The notes beneath the pieces are model-generated. The model searched no databases. It was given only the letters and a program-made list of their open reading frames with translations, and was not told where the DNA came from. A DNA stretch of 64,000 nucleotides from a virus. Both the position numbers and the translations under genes were made by a program. Shown here piece by piece: positions 9,778 through 18,379 of this stretch. The DNA is taken from IMG/VR virus record IMGVR_UViG_3300029121_000001. The stretch is one strand, 5' to 3'. The first letter of the stretch is position 1, and each line of letters starts with the position of its first letter.

Positions 9778-9814
9778 ATGGTAAAGATATCTTCCTTACC
9801 ATTATTATAATATC
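9778..9814 (-). promoter_or_regulatory. TATTATAA box plus immediate stem-loop
   Basis: Minus strand GATATTATAATAATGGTAAGGAAGATATCTTTACCAT upstream of 8952-9746. Confidence 0.6.
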
Positions 9815-9825
9815 TGCTTAAGTTT

Positions 9826-9874
9826 AAAAATAAAAAATAAATCCCAGTGGGTTTGGGTTTTAACCCACTGGGAT
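9826..9874 (-). terminator. rho-independent terminator
   Basis: atcccagtgggtttgggttttaacccactgggat plus T-run on the minus strand, after 9909-10745. Confidence 0.75.
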
Positions 9875-9908
9875 TATACTATTTATTCAGCTTATTTCTA
9901 TATTCCTT

Positions 9909-10745
9909 TTAGCTCAAAATAGCAATAACGATGCTTGCAATGAAATAATCGATCATGCCTCCATTGAACATCTTGCTGATATGATCTTTTGCCTTATCAA
10001 AAGGCATATCTCCAACAATATCCATGGCCAAACGAACGCTAGTATTATTGTTCTGCATATGGTCATAGATATAATTTGATATCACTGCATAGATAGCATT
10101 GATAATGCTATCGTTAGCGACACCAAACGTATCTCTCAGGATATGATTGATTTCAGGGTCGGAGAGATATGCATTGTATGGGCCCTTCAGTTCAATGCTA
10201 TATCCGTTAACGGAAGGAATAGCACTGAACGTTAAGATCGTGTCATTCCTGTGATTGCTGTTGATGCAGATATCTCCAATGAATTCATATTTGCCATTGT
10301 GGGTATATTCGTTGAAGCGTGCCACATGGATGATATTTGCAACAAAGTTGCAAATATTCACGGATACAAATGTTTCTGCATAGTTCATGGACTTCCACCC
10401 ATAAAATCTGGGTAAGTTGTAATTGAACTCACGGATATAGGAAACATCCTTTTCCGTGTGCTTGTAGTCTGCAACATTCCAATTGAAAATTGCATTCTTG
10501 ATAGCTTCTTCTTCATTGCTAAAACTGAAGAAATAGTTATCGATATTGTTTGCATTTGTATCAGTGCTATTGAGAGATACATAGCAATGCTCCTGATCAA
10601 ATTCAGACTTGAAATTGATCAATTCACCAACGAAAACGGTCTTGAGATGATAATCATCAAAGATGAATTCTTTGAACATCCTAACCTTAATAGTCGGTGC
10701 TGCCATGGTCGCAGCTTTCACCATTTCCATTTTTTCATTACCCAT
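9909..10745 (-). CDS. hypothetical protein
   Basis: 278-aa ORF, AAAGGAGGT RBS, own promoter box and terminator. Confidence 0.65.
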   Translation of the reverse strand: MGNEKMEMVKAATMAAPTIKVRMFKEFIFDDYHLKTVFVGELINFKSEFDQEHCYVSLNSTDTNANNIDNYFFSFSNEEEAIKNAIFNWNVADYKHTEKDVSYIREFNYNLPRFYGWKSMNYAETFVSVNICNFVANIIHVARFNEYTHNGKYEFIGDICINSNHRNDTILTFSAIPSVNGYSIELKGPYNAYLSDPEINHILRDTFGVANDSIINAIYAVISNYIYDHMQNNNTSVRLAMDIVGDMPFDKAKDHISKMFNGGMIDYFIASIVIAILS

Positions 10746-10785
10746 AATTTTAACCTCCTTTATTATGGATCTTAGAAATAATATA

Positions 10786-10834
10786 TTGAAGACAAAGATA
10801 CATTTTCCTTCATCTTCTCATTATTATAATATCC
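10786..10834 (-). promoter_or_regulatory. TATTATAA box plus imperfect stem-loop
   Basis: Minus strand GGATATTATAATAATGAGAAGATGAAGGAAAATGTATCTTTGTCTTCAA upstream of 9909-10745. Confidence 0.55.
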
Positions 10835-10855
10835 AATTGATAATATAAATTTATA

Positions 10856-10897
10856 AAAAAATAAAAGGAGTGGGTTTCATTCACCCACTCCTTTTTT
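10856..10897. terminator. bidirectional-looking terminator
   Basis: aaggagtgggtttcattcacccactcctt flanked by an A-run and a T-run. Confidence 0.7.
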
Positions 10898-10898
10898 A

Positions 10899-12200
10899 TC
10901 ATCCTTCTTTCTTTTTATCAACGTAATCTTTAGGTTTAAACTCTTTATCTTTATTGCGAATATAGTGCTCAACCCAGATTACTTTACCAGATTTGTAGTG
11001 ACGAAAATGTCCCTTGACAGTAACAGCATACTGACAAGGAGTATATTTCCGTTTCTCTTTAGCTTCTGCTTCAGTAACAGGAGTTACTTTCTTAGTAATT
11101 CCATATACTTTATGAGAGCAGATACTAGTTTCAAAGCGAGGTTTATTATTTTCTTTGGGAGTATAGTTACTAGAAGTTTCTATAGATCCAATAACTACAT
11201 CCTTTTTGGAAACGAGTTCTATATGATAAGCCATATATTTCAACACATCAAGCGTGAACATTAGATTTGCATCTTTAAAATTATCTCTTGCATGATCTGT
11301 ATTTATACGTGGATCTATTGGATAGTATTCATAATGACCATATATGCCTTTCTCGTTTTGATATTCATAATCAAGAGTATAATTTGTAACTTTACATATA
11401 CTACCATCTGTATACAGCATATATGCATCAAGATGAATAGTAGATTTTCTTATCATGTTAAATACAATGGCTAATTTTGAATGATAGCAATCATCATTTA
11501 ATTTATCTATATTTTCCTTTCGCATAATATTTATTGTATCTGAAATAATAATACCAGATTTTAAAGGAAATATAGGATTAAGAAGATGCTTTGGATCATA
11601 TCTAATATATTCTCCTGATATTTTGATACGATCAAGTGACATATATTTTTCACCAATATAATCAGTGATAAAATATTGTTTATTAAATCTGTATTCAAGT
11701 ATTCTATGAGGAGTTTTATTTCCTTTTTTACTTGTATTTTTAATATATACAACTTTTTGATTAAAATATTCTGAATGTATAGCAAGAATTTTAAGTTGAA
11801 TAATTATATTTGATACCATGTATTTAATATAATTATTTATTTCTTTTTTACCAGCAATTAAAACTTTTGCATTAGTTATGCGATCAATATTTGTATCAAA
11901 TATATCAGATAGATAATATGTATTTTTATCAATAGATGATTCAATTTTATAATCGCTGCCAATATTAGAACCAACCATAATTGATACTTTTTCATCATCT
12001 AAATATGTAATGATGATAAATGATCTATTCTCAGTAATCGCAACGGTATTTCCAATAAATTGTTGTATACTAGATGAATTAAACAAATATGCAAGTCTAA
12101 CATTATCATCATTAGAATCAATTATTCTATGAAGTAATAATTCTCTATCATTATTTAATCCACCTGAAATAAAAAGTTTATTCATTTTACTGATGTCCAT
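10899..12200 (-). CDS. hypothetical protein (basic C-terminal TVKGHFRHYKSGKVIWVEHYIRN segment)
   Basis: 433-aa ORF, TAAGGAGGT RBS, flanked by terminators. Confidence 0.6.
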   Translation of the reverse strand: MDISKMNKLFISGGLNNDRELLLHRIIDSNDDNVRLAYLFNSSSIQQFIGNTVAITENRSFIIITYLDDEKVSIMVGSNIGSDYKIESSIDKNTYYLSDIFDTNIDRITNAKVLIAGKKEINNYIKYMVSNIIIQLKILAIHSEYFNQKVVYIKNTSKKGNKTPHRILEYRFNKQYFITDYIGEKYMSLDRIKISGEYIRYDPKHLLNPIFPLKSGIIISDTINIMRKENIDKLNDDCYHSKLAIVFNMIRKSTIHLDAYMLYTDGSICKVTNYTLDYEYQNEKGIYGHYEYYPIDPRINTDHARDNFKDANLMFTLDVLKYMAYHIELVSKKDVVIGSIETSSNYTPKENNKPRFETSICSHKVYGITKKVTPVTEAEAKEKRKYTPCQYAVTVKGHFRHYKSGKVIWVEHYIRNKDKEFKPKDYVDKKKEG

Positions 12201-12235
12201 AATCTTTGGACCTCCTTATAAAAGATTTTTATACT

Positions 12236-12278
12236 TTGATAAAGAAACTATTTGCCTTTATCAATTTTATAATATCTA
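12236..12278 (-). promoter_or_regulatory. TATTATAA box plus immediate stem-loop
   Basis: Minus strand TAGATATTATAAAATTGATAAAGGCAAATAGTTTCTTTATCAA upstream of 10899-12200. Confidence 0.6.
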
Positions 12279-12282
12279 ATTA

Positions 12283-12320
12283 AAATAAATAAAATCCGGA
12301 AGAGATTATACTCTTCCGGA
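12283..12320 (-). terminator. rho-independent terminator
   Basis: tccggaagagattatactcttccgga plus T-run on the minus strand. Confidence 0.7.
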
Positions 12321-12365
12321 ATATTTTATCATTAAAATTGTCTATAGATATATCTTGGTTCTAAT

Positions 12366-12728
12366 TTAATTTTCATTGTTAATTTCCATAAATCCTTTCC
12401 ATGCAGGATTATAATAAATATACATTAATAGAAATGCCATAAAATCTAGTTGACCAATATATTCATAAGGTAATTCTTTTATAATCTCATAAGATTTTTT
12501 ATTATAGCATATTTCATATTTAATCTCTCCAATGATATTATCATCGGCATCTCTAAATACAAAATTATCTAATGTATTTTTATATGTAGTATATTTGCTG
12601 GTATGTCTTTCAATGATACATTTTCTAGTATGCTCATCTTTAATAATACATTCGGCAAATTCTTCTACATAATCTACAGTAGAACATTTATGAAGTTCAT
12701 GTTTAATAGATTTAAGTTGTACTTCCAT
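12366..12728 (-). CDS. hypothetical protein
   Basis: ATG at 12728 (MEVQLKSIKH) preceded by TAAGGAGAA. Confidence 0.55.
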   Translation of the reverse strand: MEVQLKSIKHELHKCSTVDYVEEFAECIIKDEHTRKCIIERHTSKYTTYKNTLDNFVFRDADDNIIGEIKYEICYNKKSYEIIKELPYEYIGQLDFMAFLLMYIYYNPAWKGFMEINNEN

Positions 12729-13395
12729 TTTTATTCTCCTTACTCTTTTCACGAAAAGCATCTACTTTTTCATTTAGAATATTTTCAATAATGTTACCAA
12801 ATGTATCAGTATCATATCCATGCTTTTTAAATACATCATAATTATGAATATAGTTTCCATTTAGATCATAGCATTCAAGTATAAAATTATTAAGTAAATC
12901 TTTTAAATCATCAGCACTTGCTGTATCATAATCATATACAAAAATATACGTATCGCCATCGGCAAATTTCAGAGTTCCGGAATATACGTATTCATTACTA
13001 TCAGCACATTCATTTATAGAAACTTCAATATCATGCTCAATAGTTCCTCTTAACAGATAATATCCATTTGGAATATGAACTTTATCTTTATCTGAATCTA
13101 CATATTTAGGATATTCAAGAAATGCAATGGTATCGGAATCAATATCAATATTATTGATTTCTGTTACCCAATCTGCATAAGTATCAAGAATTTGTTTATA
13201 GTCTTCATTGAAGTTAGAATATCTATCAGCTGCAGAAATTGCAGTAGACGGATAATCTTTAAAGATTTGCTTAATTCCAGGTATGTGAAGATGAACTCTA
13301 TAAGTAGTATATTTTTCAGGTAAACTATACTCCTCTAGGACAACAATATATCCACGAATACTAGAAACCTTAAGTGCTTTAATTTTATATTCCAT
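12712..13395 (-). CDS. hypothetical protein
   Basis: 227-aa ORF with AAAAGGAGT RBS. Confidence 0.6.
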   Translation of the reverse strand: MEYKIKALKVSSIRGYIVVLEEYSLPEKYTTYRVHLHIPGIKQIFKDYPSTAISAADRYSNFNEDYKQILDTYADWVTEINNIDIDSDTIAFLEYPKYVDSDKDKVHIPNGYYLLRGTIEHDIEVSINECADSNEYVYSGTLKFADGDTYIFVYDYDTASADDLKDLLNNFILECYDLNGNYIHNYDVFKKHGYDTDTFGNIIENILNEKVDAFREKSKENKNGSTT

Positions 13396-13807
13396 TTTTT
13401 ATACTCCTTTTAAATTCTTCACAGTTATCAAATAGATCTATACCTCCATATGGATCTTTATAAAATTCTTTTCCTGCATTAAAAATATTATATTCTCTAT
13501 AATCATTTTTAATATCTTTATATTCTGTAATATCATCAATATCTGGAAGATTTTTTAATGCTAAGATTTGATCATTATAATTATTTTCTGCAGCATCTTT
13601 TAATGAAAACTCAGACCTTGTATATATTTTTAGCCAAGGCATATTATGTTCGATTCCCCAATTTGAATTTAAAAAATTTACATGCCCGATACAATATAAT
13701 TCTTTTCCATTTAATGACCATCTTTCTAAGAATATAGCATATCTCTTAATATTTATATGATATGCAAATGCCTTAATAATAGAAATTCTAAGAATATTAT
13801 CTTTCAT
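13385..13807 (-). CDS. hypothetical protein
   Basis: 140-aa ORF with TTAGGAGGT RBS. Confidence 0.6.
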   Translation of the reverse strand: MKDNILRISIIKAFAYHINIKRYAIFLERWSLNGKELYCIGHVNFLNSNWGIEHNMPWLKIYTRSEFSLKDAAENNYNDQILALKNLPDIDDITEYKDIKNDYREYNIFNAGKEFYKDPYGGIDLFDNCEEFKRSIKNGI

Positions 13808-13850
13808 ATTATAAACCTCCTAATTATTATAATGCTAAGTCAAAAATCAA

Positions 13851-13885
13851 AAATTAATAGAGGATAGAGAGTGATCTCTATCCTC
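13851..13885 (-). terminator. rho-independent terminator ending the tail-fibre/rSAM operon
   Basis: gaggatagagagtgatctctatcctc directly after the rSAM stop codon. Confidence 0.7.
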
Positions 13886-13924
13886 TATATTATATTTCAG
13901 TATTTATAAAATGGATATTATTCG

Positions 13925-15286
13925 TTACTTATTAAATGCTTCTTTTTCTAGATTAAATAGATAATCTGCTTCTTCTTTACCAAGAATATCTACTACCTCA
14001 TTATATGGAAGATTGATCTTCTTAGGTTCAACATCATTTAATTCCATATGCCGTTTATTATAATAATAACAAGATGACAATACTCTACCTTTATGTGCAT
14101 AGCAGATTCCAGTATATCTTTTATTTGCTGTCCCATAAAGTTCGTAATTATATCCAGAACACCAGCCACATCCCTGAGATACTGGGCAAATCATGCATTT
14201 TTCAGGAGATTGAGATTCTCTAGTGATAGAATCTAATTCTTCTTTTATTTTCTTTTCACTATCTCGTTGATAAATGCCATTAAAGCAATCTCCAATACAA
14301 ATTTTAGATGCTTTTTCATCACCAATGGATATAGGCGCATATCTAATACAAGGATATACTTTTCCATCAGGAGCAAATGCAAGCATTGCTCCAGTGCCTC
14401 CACAATAATTTCTTACAGAGATATCAATATCTCCTATATTGTCATTAATCATTGTGATATATCCATTATATTTAGATTTTATCAAATAATTAGATAATTT
14501 CTTTAATTCTGCATATATTTCATTTGCTGTTTTTATTGTATATTCTGGCTCATATGCAAAATTACAATGAATATTCATGCAGCCATTATTTATCATCATC
14601 TTAATAGAATCAGAAATATATTTAATAGACCCAGGAGTAAATGTCATTTTACTATCTATCCAGCCATATTTCTTTTTTCCATCAAGAAAAGCAGCATATG
14701 CTTTTTCAAATGATCCATTTCCGAATTGATCTATTCTATATTTATCATGTAATTCCTGTACCCCATCAATCGATACTGTACATCTTAAAAAATTATGATA
14801 TTTTTTAAATAGGTGTTGAGCATTTGGAGTAAACCATAAAAGTCCATTGGTTGCAAATGAAAATCTTGTAAATGGTGCTAGTGGTATATTTCTTTCTTCA
14901 CATTGGTAAAAATAATAATCGATAATCGATTCAATTAACTTTGCTTCTATCAAAGGCTCGCCACCAATAAAATCGATTATCAATCCTTTAGAAAAATCAC
15001 CAATAAAATCACCATTATTATACATATCTAAAAGTGTATCGACACACTTTCTAGCCGTATAAATGTTCATTGATCCACATTTCTTATTATGCTCATAACA
15101 ATATGAACATCTCAAATTGCATTGATTGGTGACTTGAAATGTTACTGTTCTACATTTAAAATAATTTTCATTGTTATTATTATCATTTCTAAAAATTCTT
15201 TCGATAAATTTAGAATAATCTTCAGATCGTTTAATCACTATATCGTACCTCACGATTTTCAAAATCAAAAATATATTCAATCTCAT
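13925..15286 (-). CDS. radical SAM enzyme with C-terminal SPASM domain (anSME/peptide-maturase-like)
   Basis: CNLRCSYC = CxxxCxxC radical-SAM cluster motif; auxiliary-cluster motifs CGGTGAMLAFAPDGKVYPC and CMICPVSQGCGWC. True start may be GTG at 15238 (GAGG 8 nt upstream, overlaps upstream stop). Confidence 0.8.
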   Translation of the reverse strand: MRLNIFLILKIVRYDIVIKRSEDYSKFIERIFRNDNNNNENYFKCRTVTFQVTNQCNLRCSYCYEHNKKCGSMNIYTARKCVDTLLDMYNNGDFIGDFSKGLIIDFIGGEPLIEAKLIESIIDYYFYQCEERNIPLAPFTRFSFATNGLLWFTPNAQHLFKKYHNFLRCTVSIDGVQELHDKYRIDQFGNGSFEKAYAAFLDGKKKYGWIDSKMTFTPGSIKYISDSIKMMINNGCMNIHCNFAYEPEYTIKTANEIYAELKKLSNYLIKSKYNGYITMINDNIGDIDISVRNYCGGTGAMLAFAPDGKVYPCIRYAPISIGDEKASKICIGDCFNGIYQRDSEKKIKEELDSITRESQSPEKCMICPVSQGCGWCSGYNYELYGTANKRYTGICYAHKGRVLSSCYYYNKRHMELNDVEPKKINLPYNEVVDILGKEEADYLFNLEKEAFNK

Positions 15287-15527
15287 GATCTAATTTTGGT
15301 AAGTGATTAGAAATAATTTTTCTACGGGCATAATCTAATTCAATAAAAGACAGTCTTAATTTATCTGAATATTTCTTTAGCACTTCTTCTTTTTTACTAT
15401 TAGATTCATTCTCTTGTAGTGAATCGAAAATAATTTTAACCATTATTTCATAGCTTTTATATATATAAAATAATCGTTCAATATATTCCAATTCTGCTTC
15501 TTGAATATCTTCAATTTTATGTTCCAT
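15231..15527 (-). CDS. small helical protein, candidate accessory factor of the radical-SAM system
   Basis: ATG at 15527 (TAATATG junction with upstream gene, GGAGAAAAC RBS); 98 aa, acidic and helical; sits directly before the rSAM gene. Confidence 0.5.
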   Translation of the reverse strand: MEHKIEDIQEAELEYIERLFYIYKSYEIMVKIIFDSLQENESNSKKEEVLKKYSDKLRLSFIELDYARRKIISNHLPKLDHEIEYIFDFENREVRYSD

Positions 15528-15528
15528 A

Positions 15529-16122
15529 TTAGTTTTCTCCATGGATTATATTATATTGAGTATTACTGATCTTTTCAAAAGATTCTTGAATATCCATTCT
15601 CATTTTTATTAATTTAATCATGGTTGAAAAATTATCATCAGTAGAATTTCTAAAAAATAAAATCATACTTGAAATTATATAATATAAAGAAAATATAATT
15701 TCATCAGATAATTCACTAAGATTAAGATTAATAATTGAATCTGTAAAATCTTTTGTAAAAACATTTTGAAAATATTTTTTATTATTATCTAAGATTTTGA
15801 AATAAAAAGTTCTTATTGCAAGTCCTAAAGAGATAATATATTTTTCATAATCATTATTAAATTTATAATTGCATCCATTTGCAATAATATCTATTTTCGA
15901 CTTTACATAATTTAGCCAAGAATTAAAAACATAATTACTATCTATTTTATTGAATTGACCCATATAATATAAAATATAAACTATATTATTTTTATTGATA
16001 TTTCCATTTATATGATTATAAATATCATTAACAGAGAAATCTTCTCTATTCAAAAAATGAAAAAGAGCTAGATCTTGATCAACAATTTTATCTGGATCTA
16101 TTGATTTTATATAATATTCCAT
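15529..16122 (-). CDS. hypothetical protein
   Basis: 197-aa ORF, TAAGGAGAT RBS, lies between the Cys-rich protein and the rSAM genes. Confidence 0.6.
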   Translation of the reverse strand: MEYYIKSIDPDKIVDQDLALFHFLNREDFSVNDIYNHINGNINKNNIVYILYYMGQFNKIDSNYVFNSWLNYVKSKIDIIANGCNYKFNNDYEKYIISLGLAIRTFYFKILDNNKKYFQNVFTKDFTDSIINLNLSELSDEIIFSLYYIISSMILFFRNSTDDNFSTMIKLIKMRMDIQESFEKISNTQYNIIHGEN

Positions 16123-16133
16123 ATTTTATCTCC

Positions 16134-16700
16134 TTAATTCAACCAAAATTTAGCATTTCCACAGGATCCACCACAATCTGCAGTACAATTACCTCCATCA
16201 CAATTTTCATAGCATGCTCCCATACAATTACCACTCATAAGTTGGCTAGCACATGCTACGTCACACATACCATCACAGCTTCCGCTGCAACCACCACTAC
16301 AGCCACTACAGCCACTATAGCATCCTGTATAGCACAATCCACTGCAGCTAGATTTACATCCTGTATCTGCCCTAGATGATGCTGTAACAGATTTAGAACT
16401 TAAACTAGAAACTGTACTAGTAGCAGTTGTGATTTGATTAGCATAAACAATAGTATCTGTATTAGGAGTTAATTTGCCTCCATTTACAGCATCTAGTGGA
16501 TTAGTAATCTTTTGAATGTGCTCTAGTTTTATATTTTTGCCTTTTGCAGGTGTAATAGTATAATCATATGAAGTTCCATTATAGGATTTCATACTTCCAA
16601 CACTTGCTGAATTTGATCTACGCGTAATCTCCGATTTTACAAGTTTCTTAAGTGCAGTAAAATCACTAGCACTAATTAATCCACCTTTATTAGTAGCCAT
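16134..16700 (-). CDS. tail-fibre-associated protein with CXXX-repeat cysteine-rich C-terminus
   Basis: ATG at 16700 with AAGGAG RBS. C-terminus GCKSSCSGLCYTGCYSGCSGCSGGCSGSCDGMCDVAC...NCMGACYENCDGGNCTADCGGSC has 16 Cys in about 75 aa, mostly spaced C-x3-C. Confidence 0.7.
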   Translation of the reverse strand: MATNKGGLISASDFTALKKLVKSEITRRSNSASVGSMKSYNGTSYDYTITPAKGKNIKLEHIQKITNPLDAVNGGKLTPNTDTIVYANQITTATSTVSSLSSKSVTASSRADTGCKSSCSGLCYTGCYSGCSGCSGGCSGSCDGMCDVACASQLMSGNCMGACYENCDGGNCTADCGGSCGNAKFWLN

Positions 16701-16707
16701 AATTATA

Positions 16708-17649
16708 TTACTCCTTTCCAATAATAATTCTTACTTTATGAATATTATTATTACTATTAGAAGATTCTATTACTCTGCCTACAGATAGATTAGAATATTC
16801 TTTACTAGACTTTCCAACTCCAGGAATATCAGAAGGGATAATATAATCTCCAATATCTACATTACCAATACACTTTACATATACACGTCCACATAATCCT
16901 ATGGGAATATATTTCTTAATATTCTTAGAAATATAATCATCTCCAGTATCTACTGTTTCTCCACCAATAATCATAGCATATTCATCAGAATGAACTCCTG
17001 CAATAATACTACTTTTATTAGTAGCTTTAATATATTTCTCTTCTTTATTATTTTCATCTAATGCAATAATATCTCCAGGTTCTGTATATTCTCCTCTAGG
17101 GAAGAACTCTGCATAGTCATTATATACAGCACCATAACATTTACTAAATTTTGCTACACCATTTTTATCTACATAATAACTAGCACTACCAAAATTAATA
17201 GTACCAGTCATTGTTCCTCCTGCTATAGGAAGATAAGCGTCATTTAGCGAAGTCAGAGTCTGATTCATAGAATAGATCAGAGCAGAGGTAGGAATGTAGT
17301 CATTGGAGTTAACTTGAGTACTAGAAGTAGGTAGTTGAGCAACCTTATGAGAGTGATTAGAAGGTGCTTTGCCATCAATTTGGCCCTTAACAGTAGAGCC
17401 AGTAGAGAAGCCAGTACCAAGAACATTGTACAGATAGCGGACATTTTTTGCCATCTGAGTAATCTTAGTAAAGATACTAGCATGGTTATCGGAAGTAGTA
17501 ATTTGACCTACATTAGTCCAAGATGTTGCACTTGCTTGGGCAACATCGCTAGAAGAGAATCCACCAGTACCTGTAGTAAGAGTACCAGTAGGGGAAGGAG
17601 ATATGTCGTAAGACGTAGATCCTACCTTAATATGATCAACATTAGCCAT
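16708..17649 (-). CDS. tail fibre protein with C-terminal autoproteolytic/chaperone-like domain
   Basis: LPIAGGTMTGTINF tail-fibre motif; C-terminal GLCGRVYVKCIGNVDIGDYIIPSDIPGVG resembles the phi29 gp12-type (Peptidase_G2) intramolecular chaperone domain. Confidence 0.7.
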   Translation of the reverse strand: MANVDHIKVGSTSYDISPSPTGTLTTGTGGFSSSDVAQASATSWTNVGQITTSDNHASIFTKITQMAKNVRYLYNVLGTGFSTGSTVKGQIDGKAPSNHSHKVAQLPTSSTQVNSNDYIPTSALIYSMNQTLTSLNDAYLPIAGGTMTGTINFGSASYYVDKNGVAKFSKCYGAVYNDYAEFFPRGEYTEPGDIIALDENNKEEKYIKATNKSSIIAGVHSDEYAMIIGGETVDTGDDYISKNIKKYIPIGLCGRVYVKCIGNVDIGDYIIPSDIPGVGKSSKEYSNLSVGRVIESSNSNNNIHKVRIIIGKE

Positions 17650-17751
17650 ATTTTTTAGTTTCCTTTCTCTAAATTTACCTGTTTTGGCTTGATTTTGAGT
17701 AACTATTTTAAAAAAGAAATTGCGGGGTGATCATAAAGACCACACCGAATA

Positions 17752-17904
17752 AGATCTTAAACGTAGCCTTCAATAAAATAAATTCAACGAAACCTTCAAA
17801 TTATCTGACGCTTCTTATAGTCTTCAATTACAATGGATAAATCTGTATATCGAAATCTTCAAAACATTTTAACGAATCGTTCATTCATTTTAACGCAATC
17901 TTCA
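17752..17904. repeat. six direct copies of a 12-mer (minus-strand TTGAAGRTTTCG), iteron-like array
   Basis: Plus-strand copies cgtagccttcaa 17752, cgaaaccttcaa 17778, tagtcttcaa 17818, cgaaatcttcaa 17851, cgaatcgttca 17873, cgcaatcttca 17894; followed by a nearly pure AT stretch 17905-17975. Confidence 0.6.
17804..17872 (+). other. short plus-strand cassette remnant starting at an inverted copy of the junction core
   Basis: tctgacgcttct at 17804-17815 opens SDASYSLQLQWINLYIEIFKTF*; no start codon. Confidence 0.4.
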
Positions 17905-17979
17905 TTATCATATTGTTACATATTTTTAAATTAAAAATGATATTATATGAAACATATACTAAATAAGATATAAAAATAT

Positions 17980-18009
17980 GAGGGTAGAAATCGTCAAATT
18001 TCTACCCTC
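17980..18009. terminator. strong stem-loop (gagggtagaaa/tttctaccctc)
   Basis: 11-bp perfect stem seen directly; followed by tandem ccattttag ccattttag. Confidence 0.5.
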
Positions 18010-18099
18010 TAAATACCCCATTTTAGGCCATTTTAGAGGCGTTTGGCAGATTTCTCAGACTACTTCGTAATAGCGTCATATTATTTAAAAAATAATAAA

Positions 18100-18137
18100 A
18101 ATAAAAAGAAAAGCCAATAGAGATTTCTCTCTATTGG
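18100..18137 (-). terminator. rho-independent terminator after cassette A
   Basis: Hairpin ccaatagagatttctctctattgg plus T-run on the minus strand. Confidence 0.7.
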
Positions 18138-18145
18138 TTTATAAT

Positions 18146-18373
18146 TTAAATATAGACAATGTTTGCATGATAATCTGTATTACCAGATACTGCACTATCA
18201 GAGTAGTGATTTATGTATTTGCAATATAATTTTCCATTTTCTTTACAAACCTAGTAGATTGTACTGCCGTATGTACTTAAATTCAATAATTCATATCCAA
18301 TCATTATATCATTTAATTTATATCCTTTAGTATCAATATAAATATTATTAAGTCTTTTTATAGAAGCGTCAGA
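18146..18373 (-). other. start-less ORF cassette A (type I, SDASIKRL...), with in-frame TAG
   Basis: Begins at junction core 18361-18375. Reads SDASIKRLNNIYIDTKGYKLNDIMIGYELLNLSTYGSTIY*VCKENGKLYCKYINHYSDSAVSGNTDYHANIVYI*; TAG at 18251-18253. Homologous to cassette D along its whole length. Confidence 0.6.
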
Positions 18374-18379
18374 TTGCTA

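Noticed and set aside
17700-18090. Group I intron-like fragments in cassette locus 1 (plus strand AAAUUGCGGGGUGA, UCUCAGACUACUUCG, UUAUAGUC)
   Set aside because: Individual P/R/S-like words are present, but they are in the wrong order or spacing. No complementary P7 pairing could be built (GACUA versus UAGAC), and no interrupted gene exists on that strand.
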